DNA of 64,000 bases from Vermamoeba vermiformis (taxonomy: Eukaryota), in assembly GCA_045837725.1 (NCBI GenBank), contig JBEWZL010000184.1, forward strand, positions 124,001-188,000, read 5' to 3'. Shown piece by piece: positions 38,461 to 50,349 of the stretch. Position 1 is the first letter of the stretch. Every line of letters starts with the position of its first letter. A model generated the notes under the pieces. The model was not told the origin of the DNA. It was given only the letters and a program-made list of their open reading frames with translations, and ran no database searches. A program made the position numbers and the translations under genes.

Positions 38461-41099
38461 TTACATCGACAAGGTCTCAGGTTTGCGCTCAACATCTTCA
38501 ATCAACGAATCGAGGAACGAGTCGCCATTGATCATCTTTGTCGTGGCCAACAAGAAGTCACGGCCATCGCTCTGTTGGTTCAAAAATCTCATCGCAGCCA
38601 CTTCAGTGAATGTCATGCCACCAATGAAGAACACGAGTGTCACGGCGTTCTTGCCCGTGGTAGTTTTGTCTGCACAATGTCATCAGTAGAGCTCACTACG
38701 ATTAGTGTTAGATAGTGTCTTACCCATCTTCAAGCCAGAGTGCAAAGATTGCTTAGCATGGAATGCAGGACCACCAGGAATCATGCGCAACAACTCATCG
38801 GCACGAGGCCAGCCCCAGCCTTGGTAGATCTTGGACTCGCCTTCCTTCTCGCCTAAAAACAGATCAGTACCACACAGCTTCACATAAATAATCGTCGTAC
38901 CTTGACCTTCAGGTTGTGCTGCATCGTTGCCCTTTTGCAACAATGAGAGTGGATTCAGTGAAGGCAAACCAGTGCCCGAGCTCTGTTGACCCGCTAGTTC
39001 CACAAGTCTGACTGTCAGTGGTGCGTAGCCTGAATAGACATAAGCAATGTCCTTTGGGTTCTGTTCATCAATGTCCTCGACAATCAATCGAATGTCCTTG
39101 CGCAGACGAGGGAACGTTGTGCCCTTGTTGTCTTGTTTCTTCAACATGCCCAGTTGCGCCAAGTTGTCCAGTGTGAACATGTATTGATAGCCGTAGGTTT
39201 GAATAATTTCTCGCGAGAAGAATTGGTATTGCTTTTCTTTCAAGCCTCCAGTGGTCAATGAGTACAAGCACAACATGCGCAGCACTTTAACGAGTGGATC
39301 TTGCTTTGCAATGCACTCTTCGATGTATTGCTCGCTAGCTTCGATGTCAGTGCCCACTAACAAGTCTGTACAAGAGTTAGCAATGCTCTACTTCACGATC
39401 GAAGTACATACTTTGTTCTGCCTCCAAATGAGTGTGGAAAGCTTGCTCTCGTGTAGTTTTTAAAATTGACTCGGCAATGTTAGTGTCTGTCAAATATTAG
39501 CCCCAAGTCAACTTGTCATCATTTGTCAGCGCCTTACGAATTCTCAAGAACTGATGCTCTTGTTGGAACGAGCTCAACTTCTTCATGAAGTCCTTGATTT
39601 GTGACACTGTTTGGGCCTTGTGTCGCTCCTAAAACAATTGTTAATCACCGTTAATCACAGCATTTGCTGCGTACTTTGTAATATTGATCGATGAGCTTTG
39701 CTTTTTGATTTAAAATGGGACCAATAACACTGAAGTTCAAGTCACGAATGTCACGATAAATCTTGTCGTTGCTGTTCAATGGAACTTTAATCTTCTTTTT
39801 CTCTGGCGGCTTTTGGTCCTGTTGAATGAACCATATTAATTATCGCTCTTTTTAATCTTTACTTGTCGACATACTTTTTTCGGTTGGTTGGTCTGTGCTT
39901 TTGGATCCACAATCATTTCGTTAGGCAGATCCACAGTACCTAGTGTATTTAGTATTTGTTTGGCATAATAAGTTAATTAACGTACTGTTGTTAATTCCAT
40001 AGAACTCGTCAATCAAGCCTTCGTAAGTCAATTGAGTGCAGACAGGTGTCACGAGGTCAGCCATGCGATCAAGCAAGATGACAGTGTCGATCTCAGGCAC
40101 GATCATTGGCTCTTGTGAACCCATTTCTGAACGGCGTAACTTCAACATCAGCTCTGCGACTATTTGTGCATTGACTCCTTTGCCCTTAATGTTCGGAATA
40201 ATGCCAAAGAGTGACTGCAACTTCATCAACGCTTTAGCCACGTAGAACAATGACGTTCTGTCACTTTCCTATAAACAAATACATTGTTATGAATGGTGCA
40301 CGGACTGAAGTAATCATAGTACGCACCAAGTTGCACTCTTTGAATGAGTTTGGCAGCTCTAAGCTCAACACGTCTTCGTCAAATGGAATCAAATCGAGGT
40401 GGTACTCGCCAAGCATGACATCTGTGCAGTGAGTGTGCGTCAATAACGGTCAAAATATACAACGGTGGGCTGACTGAACATACTCTGATACACGCCCTCT
40501 TCTTCGAGAATGCGCTCACAGATCATGGTCCTGCGCGGCACAAAAAATACTGAATAACTCTTGCTGCCTTGACCTGCCTCTTTGTGCCCCTTGATGTGCT
40601 CGGCAATGTAGCGCATGTATTTGACACTTCGCACGAAAGGTCAATTTTCTTTGAACTGTTTCCAATTTCAGAATTTAATAGTACGTACTTGGGTCTGCAA
40701 ATGTATATCAAATGTGTTTTATCGGTGTCCAAATAGCCTGGGGATAAATAAAATATTTTTTCAACACCAAGATCCTATTTAATAATTGTATAATTAATAA
40801 TTGTACCAATAATTTGTCTATATAACGTACTTTTAATATTCCAATCTCTACAATTAAACTCAGTGGTCCTGCAAGTTCCGGATCCAAAATTAATACTTTT
40901 CCCTTCTTGCCACCAACCTACGAATATTATTAACAAATACCGTAGATCAAATAATAATTTTCGAATTTCTTACGGAAGAAATTATATCAGTAAGCTCCTT
41001 CTTTTCATGATCTCGCAATGCAGTCAGATTGATAACTGCGTTGTCCAAGTTACATTGGCCACTCTGTGGAGGAGCTGGTGCGCCACCTTGTGCTGCCAT
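38461..41099 (-). CDS. VPS33: Sec1/Munc18-family VPS33 (HOPS/CORVET)
   Basis: FFVPRRTMICERILEEEGVY, LIPFDEDVLSLE, LDRMADLVTPVCTQLTYEGLIDE, DIAYVYSGYAPLTVRLVE and FFIGGMTFTEVAAMRFL. Confidence 0.95.
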
Positions 41100-41239
41100 T
41101 GTACGTATTAACAATAAAATTGAAACGGAAAGTTCAATAACAAAACTTGTCAAGATCGCTCACCCAGGGCAATAGAATCTTTTCCTTGACAACCGCTTTC
41201 TCAATGATTCAGTCAATTAAACTCGCAAATAATAACACA

Positions 41240-41665
41240 ATGTCTGCCAACTCTAAGTGCCCTCAATGCGGTAAGACCGTCTACTTCGCTGAACGAAGCA
41301 CCTTCGAAGGAAAAGATTATCACAGCATCTGTTTAATTCAAAGACAAAAGCAAGAAAGCAGCATTCACAACAAGGGGTTAGTATTGCATTCTACATTTTT
41401 TAAAAATATTTGGAATAATTTATGATTTTTTTCAGTTTCTACGGCCTCACTCCTCAAGATCCCTCTGTTGTTCACGTTGGTGGTCAAGCTTCTCCTCGTC
41501 AACAACAACCCGCTCAATGTATGTATATCTGCCATTATTCTTGTTACGTTTACGAAGCCTAATTACTGTTCAGCGTCCGGAGCTACTCCCAGATTTTGCT
41601 CCAACTGCGGTGCCTCTCGTGCGGCTGACGCCAAGTTCTGTGCTGGCTGCGGTACCAAGTACTAA
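41240..41665 (+). CDS. Small protein with half-LIM finger and double zinc ribbon
   Basis: CPQCGKTVYFAE..EGKDYHSIC and C-terminal FCSNCG..DAKFCAGCG. Two introns. Confidence 0.75.
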
Positions 41666-41825
41666 ATAATACTCGGTGAACGACTGTAGCAATTAAATAA
41701 ACACCAGTCGACCAATGTCGGGTGATGACGTAATCGTGAGCTCAGCGGACCAAAAAAACATGCAAACAGCGCTGCTGTTATTTTGTCGTTCAGTTTTGTT
41801 TAGATAACAATACATACTAGTCGTC

Positions 41826-44445
41826 ATGTTGCGTACTGCTTGTGTTCAACTCGGCAAAACTCTTTCGCGCCGTGTCACCAACAGCGGCAGATCCCTTTCC
41901 ACGATCGCCGGACGAAAACACTCTGCTGTCGTGAGAAAACCCCTCCAAAATGCCACCAGTGTATTTTCCTATGCCGTAAGTTCGTTATCATAATTTTACC
42001 GTCATAGCAATCCGATGCAGTATTGGATCGGACTTTTTTTCTGTTATTTTCAAAATTAAGAAAGAGTGCCGCCAATTATTTAAATAAATAATATTTATGT
42101 GACAATTCCCTGAGTAATATTAAATAGGCAACTAACTCATTTCTGATCTCTCAGTTTGGCCAATCCAGTCGCAGACTTATGTCAACGGACAAACCTGACG
42201 CATTCAACTTGGACGAGCTCACAAAGAAAATTGAAGAGATGAAGAACGCCGGTCAATCCCCAGATGCAGCCCTCGAAGAGATGTACGTTAAGTCACGTGC
42301 AAATGTTTGCAGTCCTTTGTCTAACTTAATTACACAGCTTGAAAAACGAGAAGGTCAATGTTGCTCAAGAGGAAGCCATGGAGAAAGAAGAGAAGGTCGA
42401 GGACGTCCTCATCCAAGAGAACGAGAAGCAAACAGGCGAGGCTAGCAAGCTCGAATTCCAAGCTGAGACTCGCAAGTTGCTCGATATCGTCGCTCGCTCA
42501 TTGTACACTGACAAAGAAGTCTTCGTGCGTGAAATTATTTCGAACGCATCTGATGCTTTGGAGAAAGTTCGTCACCGCGAAATGATGAAGGAAGCCGTCG
42601 CTGAGCCCGACACCACCCTCGAGGTCAAGATCTCTGTCGACGAGGCCAAGAACACCTTCATCATTCAGGACAGTGGCATTGGTATGACCAAGGAAGAGTT
42701 GCAAAAGCACTTGGGTCGCATTGGTTACTCGGGAACTGGCGAGTTTTTGAAGCTGATGGAAGGCGGTGCTAACAACAATATGATTGGTCAATTCGGTGTT
42801 GGTTTCTACTCCGTCTTCATGGTCGCGCACACTGTCAGAGTGTACACGCGTTCTGCTGCTGACCCTAATGCCAAGGGCTACATTTGGACCTCAGACGGCA
42901 CTGGCAGCTACACTATTGCTGAAGCCGACGGTGTTGCCCGTGGTACCAAGATTGTTCTTGAATTGCGCGAAGGCAACCACGAGTTTGCTAAGAAGCAATC
43001 TGTCGAGAACATCGTCAAGAAGTACTCGAACTTTGTTGGCTTCCCCATCTCTCTCAACGGCAAGCGCATCAACAATATTAAGGCCTTGTGGACTATGAAC
43101 AAGGACCGCATCACTCCTGAGGAGCACAAAGAGTTCTACCAAGTACGTACAACTTTACAAAGCAATTCGTTAATGCCATTCTAACTTCTATTTGCAGTTC
43201 ATCTCTCATTCATACGACTCACCCATGTACACTATTATGTACTCCACTGACAGTCCCATCAACATTCGCAGTTTGTTCTACGTCCCTGAACAACACATGG
43301 AACGCTACGGAGTTAGACTCGAGCCTGGTGTTTCACTCTTCTGCCGCAAGGTTTTGATTCAACAGAAGGCTAAAGGTCTCTTGCCCGAATGGTTGCGCTT
43401 CGTTAAGGGTAAGTTATCATGCGGCATACGAGTGCCTGGAGTTCAGTGTTGTTGCAACGTACTAACGTCCATGACAGGTGTCGTTGACAGCGAAGACATT
43501 CCTTTGAACTTGTCCCGTGAACATCTCCAAGACAGCACTCTCATCAAGAGATTGAGCGCTAGCATCACTCGTCGATTGATCAAGTACTTCGACGACGAGT
43601 CCAATGCTGATCCTCAAAAATACGAAAAGTTCTTCCGTGAATTCGGCGTGTTCCTCAAAGAAGGTGTTTGCACTGACGCCAAGTTCAAAGAAGACATTGC
43701 CAAGTTGTTGCGCATGGAGTCTTCAACTAACAAGGCCAATGAATTGACCTCACTCGACAAATACATCGAGCGCATGCCCAAGGAACAAAAGGACATCTAT
43801 TTCTTAGTCACACCTACTCGCCAATTGGCTGAGTCTAGCCCTTACTTTGAGGCCTTCAAAGAGAACGGCATTGAAGTCTTGTTCATGTACACTGACATTG
43901 ATGACTTCGTCATGGCCAATCTCCAGACCTACAAGGACAAGCGCGTCGTTACCATCGAGTCTGCTGAAGCCGGTGCTGCTATTAACCAAATCAAGAAGGA
44001 GAAGAAGGACGAGAAGAAGGATGAGGAGAAGAAGGACGAGACAGTCGCTGCCTTGACCACTGAGCAGTTCAAGGACTTCGCTAAATGGATGAAAGAAGTG
44101 CTCGTCACTCGTGTCAGCAGTGTCACTGACACCACTCGCTTGTCATCTTCACCCGCTGTTATCATTGACCACGAGTCCATGGCCTTCCGCCGTACTATGC
44201 GCAAGATGGACCCTCTCAACACTCCTGCCTTGCCCAAACAACAATTGCAAGTCAACATTAAGCACCCGATCATTGTCAAGCTCAACCAAGTGCGCAACAC
44301 TGATGCTCAACTCGCGAAGGAGATTGCTGAACAAGTCTTCGACAACGCTTTGATCCAAGCTGGTCTGTTGGACGAAGGTCGATCAATGATTCCTCGTCTG
44401 CAGAAATTGATGGAAATCTCATTGGACACCAAGGCCCAAAAATAA
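41826..44445 (+). CDS. TRAP1: Mitochondrial HSP90 (TRAP1/HSP75)
   Basis: Arg-rich presequence, EFQAETRKLLDIVARSLY, REIISNASDALEK, IGQFGVGFYS and GVVDSEDIPLNLSRE. No C-terminal MEEVD. Confidence 0.93.
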
Positions 44446-44526
44446 GCTGCCGTGCTGACCACAGAAATTTTGTATTGCGAATAAAAAGTCAAAAACGAAC
44501 GTTTTGTCTGTCAAGTTAACAGCACA

Positions 44527-45112
44527 ATGGAGAACAACGATGATGCTTGGGATGAGGCGCGCATCAAGTCAATGAGTGCTGCACTCTCCTCACCTCCCGT
44601 GCAGCAGATGCTGTCAAAGTGGGAGGGTGAAAAGACACTCCTCAGGAAGCAGGCTATTGAATTTTGGAAAGCATTCGATAAAGAATTTGAAGAATTTTGG
44701 AATAAAATCAACAATGATCTCCGAAGTGCATTTATATTGACAGCGATCGAAGATCTGGTTGAAGGGGTAATAATCAATTTTCCGTATTTCCAATTATTTT
44801 TAAATTAATATTCCAAACGTTTAATAGGGTGGTGTTGAACCACTGATTATTTGCTGTTGTCCAGAAATATTATCCGAGGAGATGATTACAAATCCGAAAA
44901 AGATCGTGGATCTGTTTGCCCTTCTCGCATCTGGAAAAGAGAATTTCCCCAACACCAACGCTGACAGTGACAATGGTGCTTCTATAATTTCTTCGCTTGA
45001 GCAGTCACCAGAAGTAGAGAAGTCTCTAAAGTTATGTCGTAGCAATTTGCTGCTGCAGTTCTGCGTTGCAATACAACTCGTTTTTACCGAAGAGAAGAAT
45101 TCTCTAAGTTAA
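44527..45112 (+). CDS. Hypothetical helical protein (two exons)
   Basis: ORFs 44527-44767 and 44828-45112 joined by a GT-AG intron. No motif recognised. Confidence 0.55.
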
Positions 45113-45281
45113 CCCTGTAAATAAATTTAATTATAGTCTCGTTAAGGATCGAGATCGGAGAATTTCGGTGCTTTAGATGCGCAAGAAAACAGAGTGATGG
45201 CCGTCAAACAAGAATTGGAACATGTAGAATACACCGAGCAAAAAATCACGCTTAGATCCGTCACGAAGTTAAAAAAAAGGT

Positions 45282-45369
45282 CGCTGAGAAGGAGGAATTG
45301 AACCCCTACCACTCTCGTGGTCTACGGATTTGAAGTCCGCACCTGTCACCAGACAAAGCTCATCCCAGC
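45282..45369 (-). tRNA. tRNA-Sec (anticodon UCA)
   Basis: GCTGGGATG...CTTCTCAGC-G with a 9-bp acceptor stem, 6-bp D-stem around TGGT, TGCGGA-CTTCAAA-TCCGTA anticodon arm, long variable arm with GAGA loop, 4-bp T-stem with TTCAATT loop, and G73. A T8 terminator follows at 45271-45278. Confidence 0.93.
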
Positions 45370-45586
45370 ACCTTATTTATCGATGGAAGGAGTCTGTTCT
45401 ACTTGGCTCAATATCCTGCAGGAATTTATTGTGGGTCACGCAACCCCGCCATAGCTTCAATATCAGCTGGTCTTTGTTAGCGGCAGTTTGATGCGGAATT
45501 AGTGCGAACGTTTCCCAAACCGATCACATTTCCGGAGCAAAAGGTGTCCAGAGAACTTGGAGTGCTGGTAGGTTCCTCTAACCAAG

Positions 45587-47198
45587 TCAAGTCGTGTACA
45601 TTGCTGATTGACGCATGACGCGCAAGAGTTGTTCTTTTTCTTGTGCTATTTGAGCCTGCAACGCCGCAGAGTGCTTGCAAGCATCACCTACAGGACATGA
45701 GCACGTGATTTTGATGACACGCGACGAGTCAAATGCAATGGTCTCTTGATACCGACCACTCATGGACACTGCGGGCACTGACGCTTTAACGAGAAACATA
45801 GTGCGACCACGCTCGACCTAACTGGTACTTAGCAAGTTACGCACTTTCCGAGGATGGACAATCATTACCTTCGTTGCCGTCGTTATGCTGAACTTTCCAA
45901 TGTAGTCCTTAGCCTTGTAAAATGACAGCCTGAAATTACTTTCGATTTGTTGTCTGCTGTAGGGGAAATTGCTCAGCACAAAAAAATTATTCTCCGACGA
46001 GAACTCCTGTTCCTCGGGTCTAAATTGGCATTAGCTTCGAAGTCAAATACATTATCCTGCATACTTTTCAAGATCCACGTTTACGGCTATCCAATCACCA
46101 GGCGTTAACTTCGCAGCACAATCATCTAACAGCGCGCTTGTTAGTTGGATCCACTCATCTGGCGAAGGACGAGGATCAATCTCATCGATGTCTCCATTTC
46201 TGTCAAAAGCACTCTGCAACGATCGTTAGGCGAAGTAGTCGAATGAATATATGCCCACCTTAGAGGCCTCCTCTGATAGTATTTTGAAGATTAAATACCC
46301 CTTGACTCGGTTGCCTGCGTTAAAGGTAGCAATAGCTTCTTCCCGCTTCTGGTTCAAGCTTTCAATTAACGATTCGTACTGGTTGATATCGCAGTTAGTA
46401 TTTGCAATTCCGAATGATCGTGTAACGTACGTTCTCTTGCATGCGCTCTCTATCAGCATCACTGTCATAGCTTGACTCGTCGTCACTGTCATCATCGTCA
46501 TCATCGTCACTGTCGCTGTCACTATCATCGTCGTATTCATAACAATGCTCTTTGAAACGGTTTCTTTTTCTGTTCTCATACTGCTCTCGCTCTAGAATAA
46601 ACCTACCGTCAGTAAATTCGAAACACGTCCCATTAGTATTGAAAGGACCTGAAAACCATGTGTTCAGCCTAAATAAGCCTTTGATATAGTCTCTCAGATC
46701 TTCAATAATTAGTTTAGCGTCAATTTTGTACTGCGTGACAAGCGGTGCTGTAAGTGAAGGCTGAATACCAAGACTCCTACGTAGAGCTGTCTCAGAAGGC
46801 TTCTCGCCAATGATTTCAACGTCATTCGACTTCTTCCTCCAATTAGACATCGCTAATCAAATGGTCTTAGTATTGACAGCTGCGAGTCGGTCAATAAATT
46901 ACCTATCGGGATGGCCTTGTTCAACTCCACCAATAGCTTCGCATCGTTTTTTAATATCGATAGCAACGCGTCTTTAAGCTGTTTCGGGGATTAGAAACTG
47001 CAGGATTCTACAAGCAGATCATCACGAGTAAAATGCATAAAAAAATCGAAAAAAATTATTTTCTACTCTAAACGAACGTACAATTATCTCTGGTACATCA
47101 TCTAAATCCTCTTTGAGATTAAGAAATTTTAAAGGTGAAAACACGTAAGTTTCCTCAGTTGGATCGAGTTTACGCTTCTTCAATGCGGGTTCCGTCAT
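45587..47198 (-). CDS. Protein with C-terminal SWIM zinc finger, N-terminal NLS and acidic tract
   Basis: Begins MTEPALKKRKL. Asp/Ser-rich run. ITCSCPVGDACKHSAAL (CxC...CxH). The 3' end is uncertain. Confidence 0.65.
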
Positions 47199-47366
47199 TA
47201 TTGTACTTCTTAACATAGCAATGCCATAGTTGGTTCGAAACTGTTGTGGTGTAAAGAAGTGACAAAGAGAAAAAAAATGATCACACGAGCGTACGATAAG
47301 GTAGACATTTATACAACTACTAGGTACAAGTAAGCACCAAGATCGTGCTTAAGCGAGCACGTGCTC

Positions 47367-48344
47367 TTAGTTGTTCAAAGAGACACCCAACAATTGCTGG
47401 ACAACAGAATCCAAGTTGCCACCGCTTCGGACCAACAGCTCGATGTTTTGACGGCGGTCAGTAAAGCCCATGTCCTCGAGAGCAACCAACATCTGTTCGA
47501 AGCGAGTCAACTCGCGCTTGGGTTCTTCGACGACAGGCTTGACTTCCTCCTTGACGTCTTCAACCTTGACTTCAACAGCGACTTGTTCAGGCTTGACTTC
47601 TTCCTTGACGTCTTCAACTTTGACTTCCTCTTGCTTAGGCTCAGCAACAACAGGCTCTTCGGGCTTGACTTCAGCCTTCTCGGGGTTAGCGACATTGACT
47701 TGAACTGGCACTACATCGCGGCACCATCTGCGTCTGACGTAAGGGCAACGAGATTGTTCGGGGGCCTTCACTTCTTCACCTTGTTGTTGGCCTTGTTGTT
47801 GACCTTGGTGGCCCCAGTGTCCCCAGTGAGGTCGTTGCCATCTTGGTTGGTAGAGAGGAGGCAACAAGGCACGGCGTTGGTGAGCAAAGTGCGGCAATGG
47901 CTTGACAATCTTGACGAAAAGGTGTTCTTCGTTATGTACATTCGGCAACTTCTCGCAAGCCTCGCAAAGGTCGAAGTCTTCACAGTTTCCACACTTGTAA
48001 CGAATTCCTCTAATAGTAACGTTGCAGTTGTCGCAATAAGCAGCGTGGACAACGTTGTTGACAGGGACGGCTTTAACTTCTTCTTTCTTCTTGTTTTCAG
48101 AAACGAATAAGCGCAGAATATTATTTGTGGATGCAGCCACTCGCATAGCCTCCTCCAACTCATCGTGGGAAGTGATAGTTATGCGGTCTCCTTCGTCGTC
48201 TGAGTATTGAAGTTTGAGCTCTTCGAAATTGGCAAACATGTTAGCCAATCTCTTCTTTAAATCTGCCAAAGAAATGGAGGTTGGAACCGAAATACGGCGC
48301 AAATCACCGTCAAAGGTAACTTTAAGTGTAACGTTGGAGTTCAT
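47367..48344 (-). CDS. p62/SQSTM1-NBR1-like autophagy receptor (PB1-ZZ-UBA), intronless
   Basis: PB1 (LKVTFDGDLRR, YSDDEGDRITI), ZZ (CDNCNVTIRGIRYKCGNCEDFDLCEAC) and UBA (LEDMGF). Confidence 0.88.
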   Translation of the reverse strand: MNSNVTLKVTFDGDLRRISVPTSISLADLKKRLANMFANFEELKLQYSDDEGDRITITSHDELEEAMRVAASTNNILRLFVSENKKKEEVKAVPVNNVVHAAYCDNCNVTIRGIRYKCGNCEDFDLCEACEKLPNVHNEEHLFVKIVKPLPHFAHQRRALLPPLYQPRWQRPHWGHWGHQGQQQGQQQGEEVKAPEQSRCPYVRRRWCRDVVPVQVNVANPEKAEVKPEEPVVAEPKQEEVKVEDVKEEVKPEQVAVEVKVEDVKEEVKPVVEEPKRELTRFEQMLVALEDMGFTDRRQNIELLVRSGGNLDSVVQQLLGVSLNN

Positions 48345-48732
48345 TGTTGCGTGTTGTATGGTTTGAATTTGAAAATGAAATTGAACAAAAACGAAAAATT
48401 TCTCTTTTAAGCCCGTGCTGACCAATCCTGACGCATTCCTGAAAATAGGAATACCCTGATTTGTTGTGTCCTACACATAATTCGTCAAAGTAGGGGATGG
48501 GTGTGATTACGCTATAATCTTACGAAGGTAGAATTCCGGAGTGCACTCGACCTTACAGCCGATCTTGACGAAACACACAACCGCTGTACAACAAAAAATA
48601 ACGCCGGAGATCACAGTTATAACTGACGTGTTGGTGTGCATGATTGGTTGATAAGGAGATATAGGACTATCTACGTTTGTTAATTTTTAATCGACCGTCT
48701 AATAGACAAGAATTATTTTATTTTCATATTAT

Positions 48733-49730
48733 TTAGGCAGTGGTTGATTCCTTCTTAACAATCTTCTTGTCGTCGCTCTTGGGCTTGGGAACAACGTCGT
48801 CTTGCTCAGTAGCAATAACTTCAATGTGGCAAGGGCTGGACATCCAAGGACCGATACGACCGTGAGCTCTGTAGGTTCTTCTGCGCATTCTGGGGGCTTG
48901 GTTGACTTGAATGTGAGAAACAACGAGGGCTTCAGTGTTCAAACCCTTGACCTATTATCACACGGGAACGTAAATATCACAAATTCGATCACGATCTGAA
49001 TAGCAAAAGGTACTCACGACGGCGTTGCTTTCAACGTTCTCCAAAAGGCTGAGGATGAACTCGCAAGACTTCTTGGGCCAGCGAGATTGGCAGCCACCGT
49101 TACCCTTGTGGATTTCGGGTTTACCTGATCAACATCCAAATTAATATTTGTTCTTCGTAGTAAATTAATTCAGCTAGCGTATAAATCCACGGTAGGTATA
49201 TTTGATCATTGTGATAGTCTTCTAGGCAAAGCAAGATCGGGTTACAGATGAATAATAAAAATTTACCTTGGGCGTGTCTGGAAACACCACCAGTGAAGCG
49301 ACGGAAAGGAACGGCAGCCTTGTGGGCAACGACGTCTTCCAAGAACTTTTGAGCGCGCTTAAGAGTCAAACCCTTGATGGCAGCAGCGGTTTCACGAGTG
49401 TTCTGCAATGAGCGTCGATTAATACATATCTTTAAATTAATTATTATTTTGCTTACCTTGAAGTGAACTCTCAAGTTAGAGCCACGAGCTTGGGCGGCTA
49501 AAAAATAATTATAATTATTATCTTCCTTAATTGGCCAATTAACAGAAAAATCGCCTATTTAAATATCCACGCATAACATTTGTTAAATAATATAATAATA
49601 ATTATTGCTTTAGATGCGTAGATATTTAAAGTGGATGAGCGATCGAATCGAGCATTTTTGCTGTTCCAAAATCGTGCTGATAATTACATTTAGCAGGGTT
49701 GGGAGCCTTCTTGGAGTAGTTGGACGGCAT
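48733..49730 (-). CDS. RPL17: 60S ribosomal protein L17 (uL22)
   Basis: [31 protein letters not shown] and [22 protein letters not shown]. Four introns. Confidence 0.97.
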
Positions 49731-49888
49731 GTTTATTTTATATTATGGCCCTTGTTACGGTCGTAAAGCACAGTATGGGACGATGAAGATGAAAGAAGGT
49801 CGACAAAAAAATCGGCCAAAAATTTGACGGTCAAATTTCTTCGGACACCCAAAAATTTGGCCCAAATTTTTTGGCTCAACTTTTGTAC

Positions 49889-50342
49889 ATGCGTTTCGTA
49901 TTGAACTCAACAAATAACGAGGCCACAATAAATTATAAGGATGAACGCAGCAGGTATGTCGCAACCATACATTTACAATTTTGATTTTCAGGTGGAGATC
50001 GCTCGAGCGAACCGAACGCGTTCACCAAATTGACCCATGTGCCCTTCAAAAAATATATATATTAATTGTTAATAATATTTAGTAATTAATTACGGACGAC
50101 GCGAAATTTTGGTGGCATACCGAAGATTACTTCGTGCCAAAGATCAACTGAAGCTGACAGACAAGGACTTTTATTGCAAATATATTCGAAATGAATTTAC
50201 TAAGAAAAGAAAAAATCCAGATTTATCCTTTCTTCTTCTGGTAAGTACCACTACCACCGATCCGATCCGATCTAAAATTGACCTAACCGAATTGCAGAGA
50301 GCTCGTTGGATGTTGGATAACAAATTGGGTGGCTTGAGGTGA
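49889..50342 (+). CDS. LYR-motif mitochondrial protein resembling L0R8F8/MIEF1-uORF protein
   Basis: Four-exon GT-AG model. REILVAYRRLLRAKDQLKLTDKDFY..IRNEF...LDNKLGGLR parallels the LYR...LRYTDRDFY..IRREF...GKLG pattern. Confidence 0.7.
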
Positions 50343-50349
50343 GGGACAT

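Noticed and set aside
45477-45589. UGA of the SWIM gene as a selenocysteine codon because tRNA-Sec is adjacent
   Set aside because: A TAG follows three codons later, there is no redox motif context, and I recognised no SECIS.
47530-47635. Short duplicated EVKVEDVKEEVKP segment in the p62-like gene
   Set aside because: An ordinary low-complexity linker duplication.
49121-49266. C/D snoRNA in the third RPL17 intron
   Set aside because: Only a weak C-box (ATGATC) and a CTGA are present, with no terminal stem or recognisable rRNA guide.
50039-50093. Possible AT-AC/U12 intron in the LYR gene
   Set aside because: A normal GT-AG model from ATG 49889 keeps the frame, and there is no RTATCCTT donor.
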